Part shown: piece by piece, positions 51,747 through 62,870 of the stretch
Position numbering within the stretch: the stretch's first letter is position 1
Layout of the letters: each line of letters opens with the position of its first letter
Origin: Octopus vulgaris
Taxonomy: Eukaryota
DNA length: 64,000 nt
Direction of reading: 5' to 3'
Assembly (NCBI GenBank): GCA_951406725.2
Contig: OX597820.1
Span: 79,422,001-79,486,000, forward strand
Program-made: the position numbers and the translations under genes
The notes under the pieces: model-generated
The model's database searches: none
Seen by the model: the letters and a program-made list of their open reading frames with translations, nothing else
What the model was told of the DNA's origin: nothing

Positions 51747-51772
51747 CAATATATATACATATATATATATAA
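51502..51772. repeat. Compound (TA)/(TG)/(TATG) microsatellite
   Basis: Read directly from the sequence. Confidence 0.95.
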
Positions 51773-52864
51773 TATATTGGTTTTATTTTTCCAATTTCTA
51801 ACTTGGCTTGATTTGAAATAAACTAAATAAATATCAGTATTCTATCATTTAGTTGAAGATATTTTGGAGTTTTTTTTTGTTTTGTTTTCTGTTTTTGGTG
51901 GGGCTTCTTCATTTTTGTAAGGTAAGGCAATATAAATTTTTAAATGTACTTCTTTGTTTTTTAAATTATTATTTTTTTTGGCTCCTTCCTTTCCATTGCT
52001 CTAAAAGGTTTTCAATTCTTTCCTGTTTTTAACCTGAACCAACTAATGGTAGTTATAGACGGCAGATACAACCAAATCTAAGTTTAAAATACTCAAATCA
52101 ACTTCCACTTATGAATATGTCTTCGCAGTACACTCTACTTGCTTCTTAAAAAATTTATCATCACCTTTTCAAAACATCGTCTTGTCTCTTCATATGTCAA
52201 ATGTATTTCCTGAATAATTTAGTGATTCTTATTTTTTTGTTTTGTTTCTTTCATATATAAGCTTGAAATCAATACTGAAATAAAATCCCTACCACAAGAG
52301 ACTCTCTATAAGATTGCTCAGCCTACTAGAAATAGCAACCCACTTCCTCTTTTACTTGACCTTTGTATCACATGGAATACATAGGATGTCCATGCATTGT
52401 ATATGATACACGTCATCAATTTTTTTCAGCCATCAGACTAACTTGTGACTTATGAAAAAGAAAACTTCATATTACATAGAGTGTATGAAACACGAGTTAA
52501 CTAAAAGTGTGGAAATACACTTGGACATTGAGGACAAACTTATGAAAATGCTTTGGACAAAGGATTAAATCTCCCTCAGATCTCATTTTATTGTCTTGAA
52601 AATGAGATACGTTGGGAAATGTAGTCCTAGATACCCTGTCTTAAGATGGAATGGTCACGGCTACACAGCCTTTCATCAAGAATTTGCTTGATCAAGGCTA
52701 AGATGGGATTTTATCTTTTGTCTTTGACTTGTTTCACTCATTGGATTGTGGCCATTACTGGGTCACCACCTTAAAGGGTTTTTCTAGTTGAACAGATTGA
52801 TCTCAGTATTTATATTTTTCCACACGGTTGTAAATTGTAAAACATAACTGTCACCACAACTACA

Positions 52865-52909
52865 TGAACCTGAAGATTGCATAGTTTAATGCATGAAAGT
52901 ACTAGTTCA
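52865..52909 (+). ncRNA. Minimal type I hammerhead ribozyme (candidate)
   Basis: TGAAC-CTGAAGA-T-TGCAT-AGTTTA-ATGCA-T-GAAA-GTAC-TA-GTTCA. Stem I is 5 bp, core CUGANGA and GAAA are complete, stem II is 5 bp, stem III is the palindrome AGTACT, and the CUA site cleaves after 52904. Confidence 0.7.
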
Positions 52910-53101
52910 ATCAGAATGGACATATAATATTCTATCATTTCATCATATATTATCTTATTTTAAGATTGTAAATAAAACATGGAAACCAAAGTTGGAATTT
53001 CTTTGAGTAATATATATAGATGATAAGAAAATGGAGGAAAAACAATGAGAAGTGTGTTTTGATGCTAAAACGCTATTATCTAATTAGTTAAGCAAGAATG
53101 A

Positions 53102-53178
53102 GTTTACAGCTGTTTCTGTGTACCATACTGAGGTAAATATGTATTTACCTCGTTGCAAATGGTAGACGTCATCAGAAC
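53102..53178 (-). ncRNA. Type I hammerhead ribozyme with extended stem II (candidate)
   Basis: Minus strand GTT-CTGATGA-CGTCTACCAT-TTGCAAC-GAGGTAAATA-CA-TATTTACCTC-AGT-ATGGTACACA-GAAA-CAGCTG-TA-AAC. Complete core, palindromic stem III ACAGCTGT, GUA site, 3-bp stem I. Confidence 0.65.
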
Positions 53179-54724
53179 AAAGAAAGCAGAGATAGATAAA
53201 GAGGAGACTAGAGCGAAAGATAGAGAGAGAAACCAGAAAAGAAAGTTACTGTGGTAATTACCAGGACTGCCTTTGGATACATCTATCCCTTAGAGGGTTT
53301 AAATACCTTATATATATATATAATGGAGAAATTGCACAAAATGTATAAATGTATGATGAGTAAAGTGCTGGCACAGTTTCGATTACCTGTTGTTATCCAT
53401 AGATTTACTGCAGGAACTTTGTAGTGGCAGTTGGGGTAACAGTATTAATAAAATAGGAAATGTAATGTATATTAGATTTTATTGGGTACATGTTTCAACT
53501 CGTTCTGGGTCTCTTCAATAAAAAATCTCACTAGAGATTTCTTGAGTTGGCTTATGTACTACTATACGTCCACCTAATTCAAGAATGAGTAAAATCAGAG
53601 AAAAATTATTGAAACACAAAAAGTTCAAATATGAACGTGGAAAGTATTTAGAGAAAATGACGTGATCAACTTTTGCTGTTGTAACTGTTAAGAGAAAGAA
53701 AAGGAAGGAGAAGTTGAATGGAATATAATACTTAGACGAATATATATACATACATACATATACTTACATGCACACACAGTTTCTGCCAATCAAGTTCAGT
53801 CACTAGACATTGATTGGGTTGAAGTTATAGAAGACACTTGTCCAAGGTACCATGCAGTGGGACTGAATCCAGTACCATGTGGATGTAAATCAAGTTTCTT
53901 AACCACACATCCATATTTGCACTTATTTTACAACAGTTATAAATGTTTAGAAGAACAAGCAATTTTAACTTTTTTCTTTTTGTTATTGCAGGAGCATTAA
54001 ACTACATATAATAATAATAATAATAATAATAATTAGATTGCAGACAAAATGTGCACTGAACTCTGTTCTATATTGCTTGCTTTAGAAATTTTAAATCTAT
54101 TATTTATGATTGCATCCTTCCCAATGTAATGAGATCTAGTCGGTCTGACTAGTGTCTGTCCTCTTATCTTGCTTCAATCTCATGTCATTTGCATACTTTA
54201 ATAGAAATGATTTGAGCAGCTGACTAGAGTATTATATGCATTGATTGGTGCTTACAAGAGAGGAACGATCGCATTGGAATTGGCATCCGATGAGAATGGA
54301 TTGTGTTGTGTATGCCGGGTGAAAAACTAATGTGAAGTGGATAGAAAAGTGATAGGTGGTGAGATGAAGAATAGGATAAGGTAATTAGATAAGAAAGGAA
54401 AAATAAAACAAGTTAGGAGTCTGTGATCAGAATGATGAAGGACGGAGGTGGGTGGAGAGCTGCTATCATATAAACATGCCAGTTCATGCTGGTTGGTATG
54501 GAAAAAATAAGTTAAAGGCCATTGGTGATAGTGATTACTCTACATGTCTGATGTCTTAGAATCTAGTTTTGGTTTTTAAATCAAATTGTGATTTTTATCT
54601 GGTTCATCATAAGATTAGATTTGTACAGGTTAGAGGAAAGTGGAATTGATGGTATTCATGCTTTCCCTTAGCTCTGTAATATCATCTGCTACAGATTTAA
54701 CATAATGAGTTGTGTAATATGGAA

Positions 54725-55100
54725 GGTGCAGGCATGGCTGTGTGGTTAAGAAGTTCGCTTTACACCCACATGATTTCAGGTTCAGTCCTAATGCATGGCA
54801 CCTTGGGCAAATATCTTCTTTTACAGCCCTGGACCAACCTTTGTGAGTGAATTTCATAGACTGAAACTGTGTGGAAGCTTGTCATATATGTGTGTGTGTG
54901 TGTTTTTATATTTGACGAGTGTCGACACTATTTGGTAGGTGATATTGGTGTGTTTACACTTCCATAACTTAGCATCTTGGCAGGAGAGATTAATGGAAAA
55001 GTACCAGACTTAGCTAAATTAGTATTGGGGGTGGGGTCGATTTGTTTGACTAAACCCTTCATGGCTGCAGTCCAATGGCTGAAACAAAAGAAGATAAAAG
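54725..55100 (+). mobile_element. Diverged SINE family A
   Basis: GGCATGGCTGTGTGGTTAAGAAG...GGTTCAGTCC...GGCACCTTGGGCAA, tail GGCTGAAACAAAAGAAG. Confidence 0.7.
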
Positions 55101-55433
55101 AAGACAAAGATAGAAAAGTGATTCTGTGGCATTCATGCTTTCCCATTGGCATTAGAATATACGAGTAAGCTGAATAAACAACCACCATTAGAAATTCAAC
55201 CAAATTTTGTTGGCTTGCTATTTGTGTATCGCCTCCATCATTTTTACACTTGTGGTTTGGCTTAAAATACTGAGTCAGAGATTAATTTTATTAACAATGC
55301 ATTACTTACAAGATATATGTATTAGTTAGTTAACGATGTTCTAAATTTAGGTAGTTCAGTGCATAGATTATCATAAACAGCTGCAATTTCATTTATCTTT
55401 CAAATATTAACATACAGTAACTGTCTGATATAA

Positions 55434-55469
<36 letters not shown>

Positions 55470-55777
55470 TTCAACATCAATTTTATTGTTAACATTTGTT
55501 GGTTTTCTTCCTCTTAAGATTTTAAGTTTTGTTATAAAAGCAACTTTGTTTTAGTTTAACAAAAAGACTAAAAAAAAAAAAAAACACCACCTTTTTGTTT
55601 GATCACTGATTAATTACTCTCTACCTCTTGGTGGAAGTATTGATCTCTATATTATCTTCTGTGTCTTTGTTATCATTGACCACCAATAGAAAGGATGTTC
55701 TACCAGTCAATAACCATGTTTTCTTGTCTTCCCCTTGTTTCAGTCATGCTGCTGTCTCTCTTCATACAACATACTTC

Positions 55778-55862
<85 letters not shown>
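55778..55862. repeat. (CT)n microsatellite
   Basis: Read directly from the sequence. Confidence 0.95.
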
Positions 55863-55867
<5 letters not shown>

Positions 55868-56156
55868 TTCTTGTATGGTTTATATGATTAGCCATTTTTA
55901 CTACTATTATTATTAATAATAATAATAATATTGCTGTAGTTTGAATCCTGCTGTATAAAATCTCATCATCTTCATATTCTTTATGGTGCCTGGCATTCAT
56001 TGCTATTGTTGGAATATGCTGCTGTCTATTGAAATAGTGTACTAATGGATTCCCAAGTTGGCTCTGATATTCCTTGCCATTTCTTTTTCCTGTATAGCTT
56101 TTACATTTTATATTTTCCCTGCTGTTTTAGATATTTTTGTCTAGCATCATTTTAAG

Positions 56157-56194
<38 letters not shown>

Positions 56195-56224
56195 GTATAT
56201 ATATGTGTGTGTGTGTTTGATTTT

Positions 56225-56610
56225 TTTTACTTGTTTCAGTTATTAGACTGCAGCCATGCTGAAGTACTGCCTTGGAGAATTTTAGTTGAATGAACTGTGC
56301 CTACCCCACCCCAGTACTTTTTATTTTTTAAACCTGGTCCTTATTCTGTCGGTCTGTTTTGCCAAACTGCTAAGTTACAGGGATGTAAACACACCAATAC
56401 TAGTTGTCAATTTGTGGTGGGGGACAAACACAGACACAAACACATACACACACACACACACACATATACATGACGGGCTTCTTTCAGTTTCTATCTACCA
56501 AATCCACTTACAAGGTTTTGGTTGGCCTGAGGCTATAGTAGAAGACACTTGCTCAAGGTGCCATGCAGTAGGACTGAACCCAGAACCATGTGGTTGGGAA
56601 GCAAGCTTCT
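56225..56610 (-). mobile_element. SINE family A
   Basis: Reverse-complement head, (CA)n centre and tail. Confidence 0.75.
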
Positions 56611-56681
56611 TATTCCTTAACGTCCATTTTCCATTGGCATGGGTTAGGGAAAATGGATGTTAAATGTTGATGATGACGATG

Positions 56682-56685
<4 letters not shown>

Positions 56686-56764
<79 letters not shown>

Positions 56765-56886
56765 TATACATACATACAATATTTCCATTATGTCCTTTCT
56801 ATTGTATCAAAATTTCATGCACATTTATTTGTTAAGTTAAAGAAGTTATCAAAAATTGAAACTCATCAGTGACTTTTGGGACACCC

Positions 56887-56961
<75 letters not shown>

Positions 56962-57097
56962 TGAGTAGATGGACACCCGATAACTGATGAAGGGTCGTTT
57001 TTTATGTTACTTGTCTTGTTTTCCATTTGTTTCTCTTTTTTTTTTGCATGCCAAAGTTTGTCTTCATATTTCATGTTGTTTACCCTGTACCCATATA

Positions 57098-57147
<50 letters not shown>
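56686..57147. repeat. Cluster of three long (TA)n tracts separated by short repeat fragments
   Basis: (TA)n at ~56686-56753, ~56903-56950 and ~57100-57147. Confidence 0.9.
56780..56888. mobile_element. Tc1/mariner-type terminal fragment
   Basis: Ends GACTTTTGGGACACCCTG (rc CAGGGTGTCCCAAAAGTC), a typical Tc1-family TIR start. Confidence 0.45.
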
Positions 57148-57149
<2 letters not shown>

Positions 57150-57179
57150 GTATGTATGTACATATATGTATGTATCAAA

Positions 57180-57400
57180 ATCAAATCAACTGGAAATTGT
57201 AGTTGTGACCCCTGTGCTGGTAGCACAAAAAAAAGTACCATCCACTCTTGAGTGGTTGGCATTAGGAAGGGCATCCAGCTGTAGAAACACTGCCAGATTA
57301 GACTGGAGCCTGGTGCAGCCTCCTGGCTTCCCAGACCCTGGTCGAATTGTCCAACCCATGCTAGCATGGAAAACGGACATTAAACGATGATGATGATGAT
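57180..57400 (+). mobile_element. Family B retroposon
   Basis: GAGTGGTTGGCATTAGGAAGGGCATCCAGCTGTAGAAAC core and (GAT)n tail. Confidence 0.8.
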
Positions 57401-59387
57401 AAATAAGGTTAAAACGCGTCCTCTTAAGACACATCTGCTTACTTCAATATTCCAAATCTCTGTGTAGATGTTACATTTGTGTGAGGTATGCAGAAGAGTT
57501 GAAAAGTACTGGAAAATATTTTCTGCCAAGTAATAATATAAAAACAGGAGATTGGGAAGTTTTTTGGTATTGTTTATTTATTTATTTGTGTTTCATTTGC
57601 TAATAGGAATTTACAAAGTTGTACATGTATTGGAAAACATATAAGATACGTCTTATTGGAAATTCTACAGACAGGAAAATCAAATAATATCATTTGATTT
57701 CTGTCAGAGGATGTCTTACATGTTTTCTCCTACATGTACGATTTTGTAACTCTTATTAGCAAATGAAACATGTGTAATGGCGAATAAATAATACCAAAAC
57801 TTTTTCCAATTTCCTGTTTTGATGTGTGTGTGTGTCCCTCCATCACTACTTGACAATTCTTGATGGTGTATTTATGTCCCTGTAACTTAGCATTTTGGCA
57901 AAAGAGACTGAATAAATAACAAGGTTTAAAAATACAGAAAAAAAAATGGGGGGGGTTGATTTGTTTGACTAAAGTTCTTGAAGGTGGTGCCCCAGCATGG
58001 CTGCAGTCTAATGACTGAAACAAGTAAAAGATGAAAGATATCATCATTCAACATTCATGTTCCATGCTGGCATCGGTTGGATGGTTTGACAGGATCTGAT
58101 ATGTCCAAGGACTGCATCATGCTCCCGTGCCTGCTTTGGAATTCTTTCTATGACTGGATGCTCTTCCTGATGCTAACCATTCTACCACATGCAAAGAGTG
58201 TTTTTCTTTCTTGCCACCAGCACTAGACAGGTCACCATGTATCTGGCAAGAGTATGAGACCCAAGAGATCAGCTTTATACTAGGATATGAGGGTTATAAG
58301 TTGGGTAAAAGCGTGAGAGAAGTTTTGGCAGTGGAGTGTGAATGTGTGTAGGGGCAGAGCTGAGCCGGTTTGTTGTTGAAATGGAGCTGCATATGTACTC
58401 ATATTTTAGGAGTGAGAGAAGGAGTGATTGAGTGGAGGTGGAGAGCAGGAGAAAAATAATAGTGATGAAGTGTTAGACTTTCAAGGTATGAAGCAGGGTA
58501 GAAATGAGTGGGGTAGAGGGACCTGGAGTATGGTGGAGAGTAGGAGATGATTGACAGTGTGGAACAGCTAAATAGTTAGGATGAAGCAACAAACAAGACG
58601 TGTGTGAGTCTGCCTACCTGTCTGCACACCTATCTGCCTATCTTCCACTGTATTAAAACTACTTAGATGCTATCAGTTTTTAAGGTCATTATTATAAAGG
58701 TCACTTGTAATATTTACACCAATTAGGTTTTATGTTATAATTATATAGATTGTGTTGTTTCTTATTGAACCTGTAAGAAAATTAATGTAATTCATCTAGC
58801 GAGAGAACTGCATGAAAACCTGCAAACTATTGGCTTATTTCTTTGTCATTAATTGTTTTTTTTTTTTTGTTTTTATATTCATTTTAATATTTATATTTTC
58901 CCATTCTAAGTGAGGATTAAATCCAACATATTTTAAAGAGAACTGCAGGGCAAATAGCTTAATGTTGAGTAGACAAGAGAGCCAGGCAAAGTGTTTTATC
59001 TTTGTGTGGTGGTTCATGGATTTGAGTTTGGTTTCCACCATTTTCAGCTTTGCATTTCAAATCTTTGGGGATTATTAAAAACAGTTAAGGCTTCCCTGAT
59101 AGATTGTCATTCACAAGTTGTTGTACACTCTGCACTAAATCAATCTGTTGCACTTGTTTGGAGTTATCAGACTGGCATGCTGCCTATAGGCTATTAAGGA
59201 TTATTGTGGTTGTTGAACCTGCTAGAAATAGCTGTTGAGTCTCATTGTAAGTTTAAATAATGAAAGAGATGTGAGAATCCAGAACAATGTAGTGTTGGAT
59301 ACATTATGCTTCAATCAAAATATAAACAGCTTTTCTTATTGATCACAGCTAGAAAATATAGCATTAACATTTTCAGAAATAAATATA

Positions 59388-59525
59388 CGAGGGTGAGTCA
59401 AACAGTAATGCCATTTTGTTTAGGACAGGTATAATTACCAACACAGGAACATGTATCATACATCAAAATGAAGCTGGTCCTCTGTGGATCACTTCCTTAC
59501 TTCTCAACAAAGTCACAACCATAGC
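59388..59525 (+). mobile_element. mariner-type 5' terminal fragment
   Basis: TA|CGAGGGTGAGTCAAACAGTAATGCC is a typical mariner TIR start. No partner TIR was found. Confidence 0.5.
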
Positions 59526-60429
59526 AGAAAAAACTCACATAAGGTGCCCCATGGTGAGACTGAACTCAGAGCAAACTTCTTATTACACAGCCGCTTCTGC
59601 GCCTATATTAACTATTTATGGAAATCTTACAAAACATATAAATTTTTAAAATCTTTGATTTTATATTCTTTTGGTTATATGATGCCACTATCTTGCATAA
59701 TTAAACCTCGTCCTGTTTTGTACAGGCTATCATTATAGCCACGGACTAAAGGAGGAAATCTTCTGAAGAAACAATAATTTGTGGCAGTGTTGAAGATGAA
59801 TGTTTGCTTAGAATTTGGCCCCAAAGTGTAAAGACCACAGCTAACACCTGCCATAATCTGGGTCTTGCTTGTGGGAAACATTTGTAGTTATTTGAGATAA
59901 TATCACAAGTAACATGCTTTAAAAAAAATGTTCTTGCAAGCAGCTTTCATGATTATGTTAAATATCTTTGAAAGCAGCACCAAGGAGACATTAAGACTAG
60001 GTTATCAATTATTGTTAATTACTTTTCACATTTTAAATACACCTCAACATTTATCAGATTCAGAATGCTATTGGGAGATGCTTTTCAATATTTTAAGTGT
60101 CAACACTGTAATTCATATCATGATAGCTCTTTTCAGATCAAACTTATTAAACCTCCATTTAATTTATTTAATTCATCAACTGGCAACAGAGCAATGTAAT
60201 TACTGAAGATGGTTAATTTCATTATGCTGCTATCCTATGGTAATTTTTATCCAAAATTTAATGGTTATTATTTTTCTCATAATAATTGCAATAATTGCTC
60301 CATAAAAGTAGGTAAGATTGTTCAGAAATGTTTCTTTCTCTTATAATTTCTATATCCATTTTTACTGTTCTTTCTCTCTCGTGGTGTATCATTATCGTCA
60401 TGCATCAGATTCTCCATCTTTACATCAGT

Positions 60430-60600
60430 TGAAAACATTTTCACTTAACCTAGCATCTCTGTCACTTGTGGTCATTTGTCATCTTTGTGAGGTTCAGCCT
60501 CCTGAGATCAACTTTCAAGTAACATTTCCGATATCTTCTTCCCTGGTCTTCCTCTTTCACTCACATAAAACTATAGCCAAAAGCTGACTACTTCAGTGTT
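60430..60600 (-). pseudogene. Highly degenerate RTE LINE 3' remnant
   Basis: Minus strand GAAAGAGGAAGACCAGGGAAGAAG (ERGRPGKK) followed by GATCTCAGGAGGCTGAACCTC (DLRRLNL). Confidence 0.45.
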
Positions 60601-61238
60601 CGCAAAATGATGCTTTTACATCAATCAATAATTTGTGTTTAAAACATTAACCTGTTTATTTTCCCGTCCACCAACCCTATAAATGTATGTTCTTGAGTTG
60701 TGTTTAAATGCTGTAGAAGTACATTTTAGTGGATTCTACAACCAGAATTTTCCATCTGTTGGCTTAGTTCCCATTGATAGTTTTCTGTTCCAGATTGAAT
60801 TCATATCCAATGACTCATTTAATTTTTTTTCCATCCATTTTTATAAAACATGTATTGGATATACAGAGAGACAGTTTAATGTTGGTTGCTGCTTTTTACC
60901 TATGTCTTCTAAATGTCATTCAGTCTATGATAAATTCTGAATTAACTTCTCATAGAAGACTAGTTTATTCAGCTTTGTTGACCTTACTTAACAGGACTCT
61001 GGTATTTTTCATGTCCTGATTATCATTATCATTATTCGTTCGTTCATTGTTTAACGTCCACTTTCCATGCTAGCATGGGTTGGACGGTTTGACTGAGGTC
61101 TGGCGAACCACATGGCTGCACCAGACCCCAATCTGATCTGGCAGAGTTTCTACCGTTGGATGCCCTTCCTAATGCCAACCACTCCGAGAGTGTAGTGGGT
61201 GCTTTTATGTGCCACTGGCATGAGGGCCAGTCAGGTGG

Positions 61239-61885
61239 TATTATTATTATTGTTTAAGATGACGCACAGTATCCAATATCGTGTTGTTGATGATTAAAGA
61301 TATTGTGTCTACTGGGGATTTATACTGTTTGTCAAGTCACAACAAGGACCTCAGACTGACAGTACTTTACGCAATATGTATGCAGTTCCAAGTAATGCTG
61401 ATTTTTGCAATACACTTAGATTCTAGAATATTTCTAAAGTTTCCAGATGTTTTTTCAGATTGGGTGGTATTGAACCCAATGCGCCGATGACAATAGGAGT
61501 GACCTTTATGTTTGGCTCTTGTAGCTGCCACATCTTAGTGATCTCAATTCTCAGCTCTCCATATTTATCAACTTTGTCTCTTTCTTTCATGATGAGGATA
61601 TGTTGATCTCCTGGCACTGCTACGTCAATTATTAGGCACTCTTGTTTGTCCCTCCTAAAGGTTACTATATCTAGCTTTTGGTGCTTTAACACCTTATCTG
61701 TCTAGAAATCAAAGTCTTTGAGGATTTTTGCCTTCCCCTTTTTGTCCATTACTTTTTCCAGTGTATGTTGGTACCAAGCACTCGTTACCTTGTATCCATA
61801 CTTACGGCATAATAGCCAGTGGAGGTTTTGGGCTACCTTGTTGTGTCTGTGCAAGACTTTTACAAACACTAAAAATGTGTGTAAG
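61239..61885 (-). mobile_element. R4/Dong-clade non-LTR retrotransposon, 5'-truncated, with (TAA)n tail
   Basis: RHNKVAQNLHWLLCRKYGY...WYQH...KILKDFDF*TDK, then the RLE domain, a 3' UTR, and an AATAATAATAAT tail at 61239-61251. Confidence 0.85.
61423..61692 (-). pseudogene. Restriction-like endonuclease (PD-(D/E)xK) domain fragment of R4/Dong LINE
   Basis: KLDIVTF...CLIIDVAVPGD....KE.DK.DKY.EL..EI..MW.......PIVIGALG is the canonical RLE motif set. Confidence 0.85.
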
Positions 61886-62319
61886 TGGTATCTACTTGCA
61901 ACTGAATTTGATAGATGGAATGTGTGAGAAAGCCCATCATATATGTGTGTGTTTGTCCCTTGCTACTTGACCACCTCTGTTGGTTTATATTCTGTGACTT
62001 AGTGGCTCAGTAAAAGAGATAGAAAGAATAAGTATCAGATTTTAAAATAAGCTAACTAATGCATTTGATTCATTCAACTAAAAATTCTCCAATGACTGAA
62101 ATGAGTAAAAGACAATTGCAACAGTTGTTTTTCTCACTGGATGCTTTTCTAATTGCAATCACTCAATTCTGAAGTAAGAGTAAAACTTGTCTTTCCCATT
62201 ACTAGGCAAACTAGAACAAATAGAATTAAGTACACTTACTCCAAGGTAAATGTTGGCAAGCGTCCAGAATTGGTAGCATGTCAGACAAAGTGCCTAGCAG
62301 CATTTCTTCTGGCTCTTTG

Positions 62320-62870
62320 TTCTGAGTTCAAATCCCACTGTGTGGCACCTTGGGCAAGTGTCTTCTACTACAGCCTTGGGCTGACTAAAGCCTTGTGAGT
62401 GGATTTGGTAGATGGAAACTGAAAGAAACCTGTCAAATGTGACCGCGTATGTATCGTTGGCGATTTTTTTTTTTCCGTCTTCTCTTCCTTGGATCTTTCC
62501 TTTTCCTATGTTTCTGACAAAGAGCTCCGCTCGAAACGTTAAATCCTCCTTCTTTCTTTCCTTTCTTGAGCGTCCAATAACACTATATTTGTTCCTTGTC
62601 CTCGCGTTGTTGTGTTTTCTCTTTGTGTTTTCATGTTTGGATTAACTATATATATATGTATGTATTTGTGTGTCTGTGTTTCTCCTCCTATCATTGTTTG
62701 ACAACTGATGTTGGTGTGTTTACGCCCACTGAACTTAGAGGTTCGGCAAAAGAGACCAATAGAGTAAGTACTAGATTTACAAAGAATAAGTCCTGGGGTG
62801 GATTTGGTTGACTAAAGGTGGTGCTCCAGCATGGCTGCAATCAAATGATTGAAACAAGTAAAAGAATATA
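62320..62870 (+). mobile_element. SINE family A interrupted by a Penelope-like fragment (with a family E-like head upstream)
   Basis: Body to GAAAGAAACCTGTC (62434); resumes at the TA tract after 62646 with the usual tail. Confidence 0.75.
62435..62646 (+). mobile_element. Penelope-like terminal-repeat fragment with degenerate minimal hammerhead
   Basis: CTGACAA-A-GAGC-TCC-GCTC-GAAACGTTA at 62514-62541; inserted at the SINE's TA tract. Confidence 0.5.

Noticed and set aside
51486-51821. His/Thr/Tyr/Ile- or Val/Cys-rich ORFs (also at 9038-9423, 55628-56000 and 56657-57390)
   Set aside because: They are translations of microsatellites.
54040-54470. Possible Penelope GIY-YIG remnant (also ~19750-20200)
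   Set aside because: Motif similarity was too weak to support by eye.
56980-57010. CTGATGAAGGG hammerhead-like start
   Set aside because: No downstream GAAA or stem II/III could be formed.
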